64,000 nt of DNA from Hyaloraphidium curvatum SAG 235-1 (GCA_025558095.1 JAIVFI010000006.1:434001-498000); one strand, 5' to 3'. Positions 11,700 to 24,650 are shown, counted from the first letter of the stretch. The notes: generated by a model from the letters alone, not told the origin. Numbers and translations are program-made.

Positions 11700-13262
11700 A
11701 TGTACTTCAAGCCCGCCTTCGTGGCCGCCGTGGCCTCGGCCATGGCCGCCGTGGCTGCCGCCGACTACACCTACCCGTCGGTCGAGGGCGCCTTCCCCGG
11801 GTACAACATCGTCCTCAACGAGGAGTTCACGGCTCCGACCCTGAACGCTTCGCTGTGGACGCCCGACTGGGACTGCAGCGGGTGAGTGGCTGGCGGCGAT
11901 GGCATTGTTGCCGGAGATGCTGATGCGCCGCCCGCTCCCAGCTGGGGTAACGGCATGCGCGCCGCCTACACCACGAGCCCCAAGAACCTGTTCATCGAGA
12001 ACGGCCAGCTCAACCTGAACCCCATTTGCGGCCGCCTGCAGCCCAACAAGACCATCTGCGGTCCCTTTACCGGATACCCCGAGTGCGCCTGCGAGCCCAC
12101 CAACGCCAACAACATGGACGCGACCTCGGCGCAGATCACCACCCGCCACAAGTTCGCCTTCAACCGCGGCAAGTTCCGGGTTCGGGCCAAGATGAGCACT
12201 GGTGGGCACCATTGTTCGCGTCTTCGTCACCAGCACTGACTTTGGGCACCCCGAACGTCCCGCCTTGCCCTCGCTCCCCTCCTCGCCCTCGCTCCCCTCT
12301 CCCGCCATCCTCCATCTCTTCGTATTGGAAAAGGTTACTATACGTGGCCGGCGTTCTGGCTGTACCGCGACTGGCAGAAGGGCACCCCCATGCCCATCTC
12401 GGGCGAGGTGCGTTCACTGATCTTGGGTTTCTGACCGCACGGCTGACCTCGCTTCCCCACCCCCACAGATTGATATCATGGAGGGCGTCGGCAAGCGCCC
12501 GCAGTGGTGGACGGCCGTCATCCACTACCTGACCAAGGACCCCGCGACCGGCGCGATCGACGACAAGGTCCGCAACGAGAACGCCGACTGGCAGGGCGGC
12601 AACCTCAACGACTCGTTCCACGTCTACGGCCTCGACTGGACCTACGACGGCTTCATGGTCTGGACCATCGACGAGGTCGTCATGTGGCGCCTGAACTACG
12701 GCCGCCTGATGTCGGACCCCAACAACATCAACGTGTTCGACGACGGCTTCTTCTACATCCTCCTCGACGTCGCCGTTGGCGGCCGCATGTTCGGCATCGG
12801 CTACGGCAACAAGCGCCCGCCCTACGAGGAGCTTTGCGCCGACGGCAACACTTTCACCCCCACCATCGTGCGTAGCCCTCGTTCCGCTTCGTGATCGTGG
12901 CCCTAGCTTACCACTGCATTCCCCGCCAGATTGACTGGGTGCGCGTCTACCAGGAGACCGGGAAGAACAACTTCACCACCGGCACCGGCCCCGACACCAT
13001 CCGTGGCGCCGCCGTCCCCGGCTCGGCCGCCTCGACCGTCCAGGCCGCCTGCCCCTTCGACGGCTGCGTCGGCACCACCTGGAACCAGCGCGTCGACGAC
13101 ATCATCGCCGCCAGCACCAGGCCCACCTCGACCGGCGGCGCGACCGCGCCCACCGGCTCGCCCGCCACCTCCTCCCGCCCCTCGGGCGCCGCCAGCACGG
13201 CCGCCTCGGTCTTCGTCGCCGTCTTCGCGCTCGTCGCCGGCCTCTTCGTCACCCTGACGTGA
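11700..13262 (+). CDS. Secreted, probably GPI-anchored GH16 beta-glucanase (laminarinase-like), paralog 1
   Basis: Signal peptide; NEEF; WGN; SAQITTRHKFAF; WPAFW; catalytic GE|IDIME split by an intron; FHVYGLDW; IDWVRVYQ; S/T-rich stalk and hydrophobic C-terminus. Confidence 0.9.
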
Positions 13263-14058
13263 GCACCCCGCCGGACGGCGGCGGCTCCGCGGCGATACCC
13301 GGCTGAGGACGGTGCGCCGTTGTGCGTTGGAGCTCGAGACGCGGTCGGCTTGCGGGATCGGCGGGCACGAGGCCCGCGCTTCCGCCTAGACATGCACTGC
13401 CGTCAATTATGTAGCTTTATTCACGATTGCACGTCTCTTGTCTTATGCTTCTCATTTGTGCCTGCGTCCGATGTCGTGGCCACAGTGGTGCAGCCCAAGG
13501 CGTACTGAGGCACCCTCGGCCAACTGGGTTTTTCGCAAGATACTTCAGTTTCGAACAGGGTGCTTGTTGTCCGCTTTCTTGTTGAATGAGGAGGGGACGG
13601 ACAGGAGGAGGAGAAAGAGAAAGAGTGGGCTTTGCGTCGGGTCGCAAGGCGCGCCCTCGTGTTTGGTCGTCTCCCAACATCCTCAAATCACGACCGAGTC
13701 GGTGAGTTTCCCGCCCAGCGGCCGAGACGAAAAGCGCCAGGTCGCTTTGGCAAACGCTGCGAGAAGTGCAGCTGCGCGGCGCGGGCCCGATGGCCCCGCG
13801 GATGGCGGTGCCGCGCACCTCGCGGGCCGGCGCCCAAACATGCGCGTTGCGGACGACTGACGACCGCATTCCCGCCTCCCCGCCCTCGCCCGCATTGTTT
13901 TGCATTGTCGCACGCCTGCCATCTGCTCGGCTGCCCCTCCCTACTCGCTGCCGCCGTGCCGCCGTTGCCGACGCGGACAAACATCGCACGCCGCCGCTTC
14001 GCACCCACCCGCCGCCGCCCGCCGCGCCGCCCAAACCAGCCCCTCGTCGGTCGAAAAG

Positions 14059-16016
14059 ATGAGGAAGACCATCCTGATTGCCGCCGCCGTCGGCGCGACG
14101 GCACTGCTGTCGCGCCCGGCCGAGGCCGACTACACCTACGCCGACGTGCCCAACGCATTCCCGGGCTACGAGATTGTGTTCTCGGACGAGTTCACGGACA
14201 ACAAGTGAGTTGCTTGTCGCCTGCGGGAAGGGCGTGATCTGACTGTCGTCGGGAAGGCTCGACCCCCAGTTCTGGACGGCCGACTGGGACTGCTCGGGCT
14301 GGGGTAACGAGATGAGGGCCTGCTACGTGAGTGCACGAACGCGGTACCAAAATGGGACGCCTTGCTCAGACCTTCATTCCGCTCAGACCACGAGCCCGGA
14401 CAACCTGTTCTTCCAGGACGGCGTGCTCAACATCAACCCCATCTACGGCCGCCTGCAGCCCAACACCAGCATGTGCGGTCCTGGCACCGGCATTCCGCCG
14501 TGCTGCTGCGAGCCTAGCAACTACATGCGCATGGTGGGTGGACGAACGCCCGGCTGCCCGCACATCCTGCTCACGCGATCAATGTCGCTTGCAGGACTCG
14601 CGCTCGGCCCAGATCTCGACCCGCCAGAAGTTTGCCTTCAACCAGGGCAAGCTCCGCGTTCGTGCCAAGATGTCGACCGGCTACTTCACCTGGCCCGCCA
14701 TCTGGACGTTCAAGGACTGGCCCATCGGCGGCCCGATGTCCGAGTACGGCGAGATCGACATTCAGGAGGGCGTTGGCAAGCTGCCCCGCTGGTGGTCCGC
14801 TGTCGTGCACTGTGGGATCTTTCTCTCCGTGCTTTCTTGTTTTGCCTCTAATTCCGCGGCACCTCAGACCCCAAGGAGAATGCCACCGGCGGACTCGTTG
14901 ACGGCAAGCGTTACGAGAACCAGGACTACATCGAGAACCTGAACGAGGACTTCCACGTCTACGGTCTCGACTGGGACGGCCGCTCGCTCACCTGGTCCAT
15001 CGACGAGAACGTCATGTGGAAGTGGAACTACGCCAGCTCGCTCTCGGGCATCTCCCTCGACCCCTTCATCAACGGCCAGTTCCACCTCATCCTCAACACC
15101 GCCGTCGGCGGCCGCATGTTCGGCATCGGTTTCGGCCGCAACAACCCGGACTACGAGTACCTTGGCCACGACGCCGAGACCTGGACGCCCACGCAGGTTC
15201 GTTGCACGGCACGCACTTTGGCCCGCAACGACTGATCGTCCGTTCCTACCAGTTCGACTACGTCCGCCTCTACCAGCAGAAGGACCGCCACAGCTTCATT
15301 ACCGGCCCCGGCCCCGCCACCCTCCGCGGTTCGGGCTCGCAGTTCGTTGAGGCCGCCACCTGCAACTTCGACGGCTGCGTTGGTAGCAACTGGGACACCT
15401 GGGTCAGCGACTATGAGAAGCACTTCGGGTCTGCGAACACCAAAAAGCAGCCCCCGACCGTTTCGCTGCCGCCGCAGGATAACTCCGGTTCGTCGCCGCA
15501 GGTTGATCAGCCCGGAGCCCAGGAAGCTAACGACGACGCGCTTCCTTCTCCGACGACCCTCGCGGTTGCATCGCCTACTCGCGCCGCTGCCCGGCCCGCG
15601 GCCAAAAAATCCGTTGCTCCTGCTCCGGATCCTGTTTCCTCGGACCCTGCGGCTGCCGCACCGGCGCCGAAAACGACTTCGATCTCTGTGGCTGCCGTCG
15701 TTGCCGACGATGCAGTCAAGGCCGTCAAGCCCAGCGTGGCCCAGGCAACGTCGGGCGCCCCCGTCGTCCCCACCGCCGTGGCTTCGCAGGCTCCGCAGGC
15801 CACTGGTGCGCCCGCTGCGCCCGCTGCGCCCGCTGCCCCCGCCGCCCCCGCTACCTCCGCCCCGCCTTCGGCTGCCTCGGACAACTTCGCCATGATCAGC
15901 ACTCTGGGTGAGTTTGCATGCACTCGTTCCTCATGGCCGCATATGCTGATCGATTTATCTCTCCAACAGTCGTCGGTGCCGCTGTCGCCCTTGCTCTCTT
16001 TGCCACCCGCGTGTAG
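14059..16016 (+). CDS. Secreted, probably GPI-anchored GH16 beta-glucanase, paralog 2
   Basis: Signal peptide; FSDEF; WDCSGWGNE; WPAIW; GEIDIQE; FHVYGLDW; FDYVRLYQ; long A/P-rich stalk; terminal exon VVGAAVALALFATRV*. Confidence 0.9.
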
Positions 16017-16161
16017 GCGAACATGCCTGTTCGAAGCGTTACCGGGACAATACCGCCGGCCATCGGCAACATACCCCAGAAAGTGTAGCGACGGGACCGG
16101 ACGGAGATCGAGCGAAAGTGCCATTATGTTCGGGTATATTGGAGAAGAGATTGGTCATCTA

Positions 16162-18494
16162 CTACTTTCCAAAGAGCGGCGTCGCCGTGGGCGTCGCACC
16201 AAAGAGTCCGGTCGCGGGGGCGGCGGGCGCCGTGGCGCCGAACAGTCCCTGACTGGTCCCCGCTGCGCTTCCGAACAACCCGCCAGTAGCCGGGGCGGGC
16301 GCCGGGGCCGCGGCCGCGGCGCCAAAGAGTCCGCCAGCCTGCGTCGCGGCAGGCTGGCCAAAGAGCCCGCCCAGCTGCGCCGGAGCGCTGCCGAACGCCG
16401 GTGCCGCCGTGGCGGCAGGCTGTCCAAACAGGCCGGTCGCGGGCTGCGTGGTCGCGGGCTGTCCGAACAGGCCACCTGCGGGCTGCGTCGCAGCGGGTTG
16501 TCCGAACAGGGCCCCCGCCGCGGGCTGCGTCGTCGCGGGCTGGCCAAAGAGGCCTCCCCCCGCGGGCTGGGTGGTGGCCGGTTGCCCGAAAAGAGACGTC
16601 GCTGGCTGCGTGGTTGCCGGCTGGCCAAAGAGGCCGCCGGCCGGCTGCGTCGTCGCGGGCTGACCAAAGAGGTTTGTCGCAGGCTGCGTCGTCGCCGGCT
16701 GCCCGAAGAGGCCGCCCGCGGGTTGGGTCGTTGCCGATTGGCCAAAGAGCCCCGTGGAAGTTTGTCCCGCCGCAGGCTGTCCAAAGAGCCCGGTAGCGGG
16801 TTGCGTGGTCGTCGGCTGCCCGAAGAGGCCGCCCGCTGGCTGCATGCCCGCCGGCTGCCCAAACAAGCCTGTTCCCGCCCCCGTCTGGCTGCCAAAGAGC
16901 CCCGAGCCCGTGGGCCCCGTTACCTGGATCGTCGGGACCTGCTGTTGCTGCTGCTGAAGCCCCTGCGCCTGCGAATCGCTGAGCTGCATCCCGCCCAGGC
17001 CCCAGGCGACGTTGGTGAGGCTCGCCGGGTCCCGGGTCTCGCGGTCGATGATGAGCTGGAGCTTCTTGATCTCCTCCTCGTCCTCGCGTAGAGTATCGGT
17101 GAGCAGCCTCAGGCCGCGCGTCTGCTCGCTTAAGACCTGAATTGCAACGAGCGGGGTCAGACCGAATGGGGAGGAAACGGGCCTCGTCGCGTCCGACCTT
17201 GAGGATCTTTTCCCACTCGACCGGATCCCGCACCCGCACCCCAGAATCCACGGCCGACCTCCTCGGCCCACCTTTGGCGTCCCCCAGGCGGCGGGCGACG
17301 ACAAGCAGCTCGTCGACCTTGGCGCGCACGCGGAACTGCGCGTTGATGGCCTCGAGCTTGGCACGAAGCTGCTCCTCGGCAGGCTTGAGTGGGAGACCGC
17401 GCGAGACGAGCACGTGGACCTGCAGACGCGTGACGAAGGCGATGAACAAATGAGTCGCCATACCGGCCGAAACCAAGGGCAGGCCCCCACCTGCTTCATG
17501 AGCACCGTCAGCCTCCGCGCCAGTTCCACGCCCTGCGTCGTCAGCCGCTCCGCGGCCGCGGCCGTCGCGGTGTAGTGCCTGTCCCTCAGCTTCTCCAATC
17601 TGGCCTCGAGCGCGGCCAGAGCGGCCTCCTGCTCCCGCGCCGTGCGTTCCTGCACCTCGACGCGGCGATTCACGTCCGCGAAGCCCTTTGCCAGGACGGG
17701 CACAAGACACGTGGGGTCGGGGTTGTTGCGCTGCGCGAGGAGGAAGAGGGAGGGGTCGGTGCCGGGGGGCGGCTGGTAGAAGGCGGCCTCGGAGGGGTGG
17801 ACGAGGTTGTAGAAGTAGTGCTGGGGACAGAACGGGGATTTCAGCAGGCTCCTCCGACCAATGCAATTTGGCGGCCCACCATGAACTGGTATCGCGGGTT
17901 GCTCGGGTCCCAGGCAGCGAAGATTTCCTGCAGCTGCTCCTCGACGGTGGGCTGCCTGCGCGCCTGCGACTGCAGGAAGGCTGCCTGCTGCATCTGGGCC
18001 TGGGCCTGCTGCTGCTGGTAAGACAGCAGCATCTGCGATTGTTGCGCGGGCTGCTGGCCGCCCAGGTTGCCGAACAGGCCAAGGTTCGTTGGCTGCGCCG
18101 GCTGGGCGGGCTGCGCGGCGGGGGCGCCGAACAGCGAGGTCGCGGCGGGCGCCTGCGCGGCCGCTGGGGCTCCGAAGAGGCTTGTTGCGGCGGGCGCGGC
18201 GGGAGCGGGCGCGCCAAAGAGGGACGGGCCGGCGGTTGCCGCGGGCTGCGCGGGTTGTCCGAAAAGCGAGGGCTGCTGCGGCTGCTGCGCGGGCTGCTGC
18301 GACGCCCCGAACAGAGACGATCCAAAGAGCGATCCCTGCGGCGCGGCATTCTGCTGCGAAGCCGTGGGCTGGAAAAGAGAGGCGCCGAGGGACGTGCCGA
18401 GCCCCGTCGCGCCGGACGCGCCGAAAAGAGACGACCCGCCAGAAGCGGGCGCCGTGCTTGCCGCCTGCGACGCGCCGAACGTGAAACTCGCCAT
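16162..18494 (-). CDS. NUP54: Central-channel FG nucleoporin Nup54/Nup57 with extra C-terminal GLFG array
   Basis: N-terminal SLFG repeats; EEQLQEIFAAWDP..P.YQF|HYFYNLV...NNPDP|..PVLAKGFADVNRR Nup54 domain; coiled coils; then ~20 FG repeats running to the stop. Confidence 0.85.
16200..16900 (-). repeat. Coding ~39-bp tandem repeat (GLFGQPATTQPAG)
   Basis: About 12 near-regular 13-aa units visible in ORF 16162..17703. Confidence 0.9.
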
Positions 18495-18699
18495 ATCGGC
18501 GCGTCTGAGCCGGCGGCAGCTGCGGGAAGTGGGGTTGAAAACGACGCGTCTAGTACGCGCCGCCAAACACAAGTTGAATCTCGCTTCACCGAAGTCCCGC
18601 GTTCAGTCACCGTGCTGCCGGAAAGCAACGCGATTTTTGATCTTGGGCATCACTAGACCGAAATTAGACGCGTCGCCATTGGGCTTCGCAGTGCCGTGC

Positions 18700-19429
18700 A
18701 TGTCGCTCCACGAAGGAAAGGGTGCTCTCGTACTGGGAGGCAGCCGCGGCATCGGACGCGCCGTTGTGGAGCGGCTGGCCAGGGACGGCGCCAAGGTCGT
18801 CTGATCCTACCGCAGCAGCGCGGAGGCCGCGTCTGAGGTTTCATGTTCGACGGGGGCCGTCGCATTCCGCGCCGACTCGGGGATCCCAGGACGATCTCGA
18901 GGCGCTCTTCCGCCACTGCGAGGACACGCTGCCCGACTTGGACATCCTCGTGATGAACGCTGCCGAGACGGCCCGAATACCCCTGGCCGATACCCCCCTC
19001 GAGGACTTTGACCGCATGTTCTCGGCCAATACCCGGTCCTCCTTCCTCGCCCTCCGCTGGGCCGCCCGCCGCATGCGCGACGGCGGTCGCATCGTCAATA
19101 TTTCCCCGCTCAACACGCAGCTGCCCACCGCCGGTCTCGCGTTGTACATGGGGTCTAAGGCGGCCGCGGAGCAGATGACAAAGGCGGCGTCCCGCGAGCT
19201 CGGTGGCAGAGGAATAACTGCGAATACGGTCAGCCCCGGCGCCACGGATACGGAGATGCTGCGTGGCGCGAACCCGCCCGAGGTGCTCGCGGCCATGCCG
19301 GGGATGATCGCGCTGGGGAGGCTGGGGACGGCGGAGGACGTTGCTAAAGTCGTCGCGTTCCTCGTCGGCCCGGACGGGGCGTGGATGACGGGCCAGAACT
19401 TGCTCGCGACGGGCGGCATGGTCATTTAG
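18700..19429 (+). pseudogene. Disrupted classical SDR (FabG-like), intronless
   Basis: LVLGGSRGIG...AKVV, then in-frame TGA at 18802-18804, then SYRSSAEAA. A +1 frameshift in the G run 18879-18882 leads into DDLEALF...DILVMNA...YMGSK...NTVSPG. Confidence 0.8.
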
Positions 19430-19531
19430 GGTCGATTGACTCCCTGTGTTGAAAGAACGTGACATGTTCACCTGTTTCACACATCCAATCTCCTCACTCA
19501 AAGCCAGCAATCCTGGAACTTTCTGATTTCC

Positions 19532-22500
19532 TCAAGCACTGCACGCCGCCGCGATCTTGTCTGAGGTGTAGGGCACGCTGATGTGTCGGAACTCCTTGAT
19601 GCCCTTGTCGGCCAGCGCGCTCTGCACGCACTGGTGCACGGCAGACGTGGCAGCGGGCGCCACGCACAGCGGCGGCTCGCCGCTGGCCTTGGACGACAGC
19701 ACGCCCTTGCTGAACTTGCCTTGGATCAGGGTGGAGTTGAACTCGCGGGGGACGTTGGCGGCGATCGGGATCTTGTACCTGCGATGCCAATCCATTAGTT
19801 GGCCCCTAGCCGCTTCAATTCCAAAAGAGACACTTACTCCCAGGTGGTGCCTTTGCCCGCCAAAGCGCCCGTCTCCTTGTCAATGCCAGCGTCCTCTTGC
19901 AGCATGTACCCGAGGCCCATCACGAGGGCGCCCTCGACCTGGCCCAGGTCGACCGCGGGGTTCAGGGACCGAGCGGCGTCGCTGTACAATGAGGTCAGTT
20001 TGATAGGCTCGCCGTCAGGCGTGTGTCAACACTCACTACTCGACGTCGAAGCGGAGCAGCGAAGTTTCACCAGTCATCACGTCGACTTCGACCTCGGCGG
20101 CACCGACGCACCAGATCGAGTAGTTGGTCTGGTCTTTCTTGCCGTCGGTCGAGCCGACGGCGGACATCGGGACGCCCTTGGCCTCTGCCGCCTTGATGAG
20201 GGCCCTCCATGCCGCATCGGCGATGTCTTCAGGCTTCGCCTTGGGATTGGCCTCCTTGAACGCCGTCGCAGCTTCGTCGATGATCTTGGCCACGGCCTCG
20301 GTTCCCCCCAGGGCCGCAGTGATCTTTTCCAACAGCACCTTGCAGGCGTCGATGACGGCCATCACCGCCGCCTCCGACCCCATGCTGCCGCCCGTGATGG
20401 CCTGGAAGGGCACCACGCTCGTGTCGTTGCCCGCCGTGCGGATGCGCCGAAGAGGAACGTGCACCGGCGACGACGCGGAGACTGCGGCCGAGACGGACTG
20501 GAGCTGCATCGCGGCGGCCTGCACGATCTTGGGGGCGAGACCCTGGCCCATTTCGGTGCCCGAGTGGTGGATGACGACGGAGCCGTCGCCGTAGATGTTG
20601 ACCAGGGCGTCGGAACGCAGGGGGTTGACGAAGTACCGGAACGGAACGACAGCGGCGCCGCGCTTGACGGCCTTGTGTGCGGCGTTGAATTCCTGCGTCG
20701 CCGCGATGCGCCGGCGCCAGCCCTTCTTCTCCAGCAGGTTCTCGTAGAGCTCGCGCAGGGTAAAGGCGTCCTCCTCCACGCCGGGTGGCGCAGTGACGCC
20801 AGCAGGGAAGTGCAGGGTCTCCGCCGTGAAAAGGTTGGCGTCGCGCACGACCTGCGAGTGCACGCCAATCTCGTGCGCGATGCGGTCGATGGCGACTTCC
20901 GAGAACCAGCACCCTTCGATCTCGCCGGGTCCGCGCATCGCGGTGCGGGAAGGGAGCGCTAGGCGTGCCACCCGAACGTCACACCGGTAGTTGGGCACGA
21001 AATAGCACGAGAAGTGCGTCTTGGCGAGCGTCGACGGCATGAAGAAGGACAGGTCGAGCTTGTGACCCGCCGCCTTGAGAATGCGGGCATCGGCCCCATA
21101 AATCTTGCCCGTCTTGCCGTCGAACCACAGGCGCATCTTCTGCAGCGCCTCCTCGCGACCGCCCTGCATGGTGCTGTCGGTGCCGCGGTCAACGATCATC
21201 TTGACTGGGCGCCGCAGGAGCGACGCCGCGATGGCAACGCTCATGGGGTGCTCCATGTTGGCCTTCGATCCGAAACTGCCGCCGATGCGCAGCTGTATGG
21301 CCTGGATTTCCGACTCGGGCCGCCCTAGGACCATCGTGCCGACTTTGCCCACGAGCGTGATCATCTGGGTCTGCGCGTAGATCACAATCTTGCCCGCTTC
21401 CTCGAAAGCCATGGCCGAGTGCGGCTCGAGGTACCTGCGTGGAAGAGGAGTTCAGAAAACGAATGGCTCTGCAGTGGATGCTGCCAGGCGCAACTCACCA
21501 GTGCAGCTGGGTCGCCATCTCAACCTCATAGTCGACGACCTTGATGTCGCCAGAGCTTTCACTCTGCAAAGTTATGACGTCGCCCCGGGTGGAAACCTTG
21601 GCAGCCGCGGGACCCAGATCGGTCGCGGAGGCCGGCGCGGCCTCGACGTCGGCGAGGGTGACGAAGATGGACTTGCGGTCATCGAGCTTCCAGGTAACGG
21701 CGTGCGAGGCGATCCACTTGGAGATGGCGTTGGCACGGTCCTGCGTCTCGGCGACGACGATGCCGATCGGTTCGCCTATCCACAAGATCCGGCCTTCCTT
21801 GGCCCACAGCGGAGTCGGGGGCAGCGGCAATCCGAAGAGGGCCGCGGCCTGCGGGATCTGGAGGTTGAAGCGGCCGAGCTTGCTCACGCTCTCGTACGTC
21901 ATCAGCGTGACGAAGCCAGGGTGCGCAGCGGCCTCGATCTTGGCGTGATCGATCTCGAAGGTGCCCTGCGCGATGGGCGAGTTGACAAAGGCCGCAAAGA
22001 GGGCACCAGAAGGCGCCGGCACGTCGGTCGTGTACTGTGCTGTGCCGCAGGCGTGGTGGATGCCGTCGGGGCGCGGGATCGGCTTCCCGATGGGCGACAG
22101 CGACGCAACCTTGAGCGCGGCGTCGCCCTGCCCGGTCGCCGCCGAGTCGCCGTTCGCTTCAGCATGGCCGTTCACAGCAGCTTGGCCGTTGACTTGGACG
22201 TTGGAATGCGAGTGCACCGGTCCTCCCAGGTCTGCAGGCCTGCTAAAGACGGCCTTTGCCTTTGGCATGGGGCGCTGCGGGCCCAGGGCCGCATCGGCGA
22301 GTTCGCGTGCGTCCTTGGCGACTTCCGTGAAGGCCTTGAGGGTGAACGCGCGGACAAGGCGCGCCCGGTGGGTCGGCTTGTAGGTCCCTTCTATCTTGAC
22401 CGCCGCCGCGACGACCTGAGAGGCCCATTCGGCCGTCGGGTTCGGGCCCAACGCCCCATCGGCATCGGTCGGAGGTGACGCGGGCTTGCCGCTCACGCCG

Positions 22501-23942
22501 TCGAACGTGACGAGCTGCGGAGCATTGAGGCCCGCCTTGTCCGTGACCCCGACATTGCCAAAGGCAGCGGTGGCGGACTTTATCGTCACGCCGGTTCCGA
22601 CTTCCAGCTCAAAGAAGAAGGCCGAGTTGACGATAGCGTGGGCGTTGACGCAGCGGATCGCGCTGCGGTGGTTGATGAGGCGGTGCGACCCCGCGCCGAC
22701 GGCGAACGAGACGGCCGTGAGCACGTTGTGCTCGCCCGGCGCGGTAGGCTTGGCAACGTAGCTGGCCAGGGGCTCGGACCTGTCCTTGGTGACCGTCCCA
22801 TCCGCGGCGACGTGCGTGTAGTGCACGGTCGAACCCAGCGCGGCGAGCGGCGTGACGGTGTCGCTCGCGAAGCCGTTTTCCTTTGCCATGGTGATGTTGC
22901 CCGCGATGCTGGCAACGTGGCGCACCTGCTCGTTGGCGACCTTGTTGAGCGTGCGCGCCAGGGCGGCAAGCACCTGGCGGTGGCTCTTGTCCGCCTCGTC
23001 GGCGCTGTCGGGGCCCGGCGCGGCGTCGTGCAGCTTCTTGATGAGCTCCGAGATGCTCAGGGTGGCGCCGAAAGTCACCGACAGGGCACCGTCGGCCCTG
23101 GTGGCGGTGAACGAGCGGAAGGCCGCGACGCCGCTAATGTCCACGACGGCCTCGGCAAGCGGCAGGTCCTCCTTGTACACGCCGGCGGACGTCTGGGAGC
23201 ACACGATGCGCAGAGTCTTGCCCGACTGGCCTGTACCGGCCGACAGCAGCGCGTAGAGCTGGTCCGGCGTCGTCACCCGGTGGTAGGTCAGAGTGGGCGC
23301 CGAGAAGGTCGCGCTGTCGGCCGCCTCAGCGGAGCGGAACTCTTCCGGGAACGCGGCCTCGACCACGGCTTGCACGTGGGCGCCGAGCGGGACCGGGTTC
23401 TCGAGCACCGTCTCCTCCTTGCCGTCGCATGCCGCGATAGTGTCGACGATATCCGAGTCGCCGGCAAAGGACAGCGCGCTGGCGACGATGGGCCTGTAGC
23501 CGGTGCAGCGGCAGAGGTTGCCGTCCAGCCTGTCCTCGATGTCGGCCATCTTTGCGTCGGGCGAGTCCAGGAAGAGGCCCGAGATGGCGACGGACCACCC
23601 GGGGGTGCAGAAGCCGCACTGCGACGCGTTGAGCTCCGAGAAGCGCTTCTGCAGCGGGTTGGGGTCTGTCGGCGACCCGAGGCCCTCGACCGTGACGACG
23701 GAGGTGCGATGCAGCGTGGCCACCTTGCGCAGGCACGCGTTGGCGGTGACGCTGACGACGCGGCCCTCGTCGGCGTCCCATCTGCTGAGCAGCACGGTGC
23801 ACGCGCCGCAGCCGCCCTCGCCGCAGCCGACCTTCGTGCCGGTCAGTCCCTGGTTCTCGCGCACGAACGTCGCCAGCGAGACGGTCGGGTCCGCCGCGTC
23901 GAGCCGCACCACGCGGCCGTTGACCGCAAACACAAGCGCCAT
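19532..23942 (-). CDS. Molybdo-flavoenzyme, aldehyde oxidase type (xanthine oxidase family)
   Basis: 2Fe-2S motifs GCGEGGCGAC, QCGFCTPG and CRCTGYRP; FAD domain; Moco motifs IGGSFGSKA, AMRGPGE, GTEMGQGL, SLNPAVDLGQVEG, SKASGEPP; 3 introns near the 3' end. Confidence 0.93.
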
Positions 23943-24650
23943 GGCGGCCCGCTCTGCAAACAGGCCACGTCAGCGGTCCGCGGCTCCGGCAGCCCGCTGG
24001 GTCCCCTACTTGTCTGGGAAACGCGATGGGTTGGTTGCGGGGGGCAGGGAGACGATGTTCTGCCGCGCCTTCTGATTGGAAAGGTGGCTGGTCGCGGTTA
24101 CCTGTGCGGCCATCCATCGTCGAGCAAGCTGAGGATGACTCCTGCGACGTTCGGCGGTGCCTTTTACTGCCGCGCTGTTTCTCCGCTGCGGATTGGACTG
24201 CACCGAATGGTGTGAGGCTTCGAAGTTCACGCTGCGCCGCCGCTTCGGTGGCCCCGATCTCCCCTCTTGTCCCTCCATCAAGGCAATCTTCGTGTCAGAT
24301 CAGGTCACGCGAGATTTCTACTTGCCATAGGCGTTGGGGTGGCATGCACTCCCATAGCCGTGCGGGTTAGCTCACGTCACCTTCGGCCCGCACGGGGCAG
24401 AAGCTCCACAGAGTTTCTCCGCACGGCTCCATTATGGTGCCATGCTTGCCCTATCAATCTCCAGTGCGCGTCGGAGCTCCGTCTGGCCGCTCAAGCCTGA
24501 TGTTTAGATCACTACGGGGCTGCCTTCTGCGAAACTGCTGCACCAGAGAAGGTAGGCGGAACACGATGGAACGACGTTGCGGATGTCTCGAAAGGGTGTC
24601 TGAGAAGATGCTCTGCTTCGACTGCCCCGCAGCGCGTCGTTAGTGGGCCT

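Noticed and set aside
15016-18656. Long antisense or alternate-frame ORFs (691, 834, 322 aa and many similar ones across the window)
   Set aside because: They are R/G/A/P-rich shadows of GC3-biased genes and FG repeats, with no motifs.
18802-18804. In-frame TGA as selenocysteine or readthrough (some early-diverging fungi use Sec)
   Set aside because: The position is a structural beta-strand residue of an SDR, not a redox site. A second lesion (frameshift) follows and no convincing SECIS was seen.
24330-24400. Hairpin CCGTGCGGG...CCCGCACGG as a tRNA or ncRNA
   Set aside because: A 9-bp GC stem is expected by chance at this GC content; no cloverleaf or A/B boxes.
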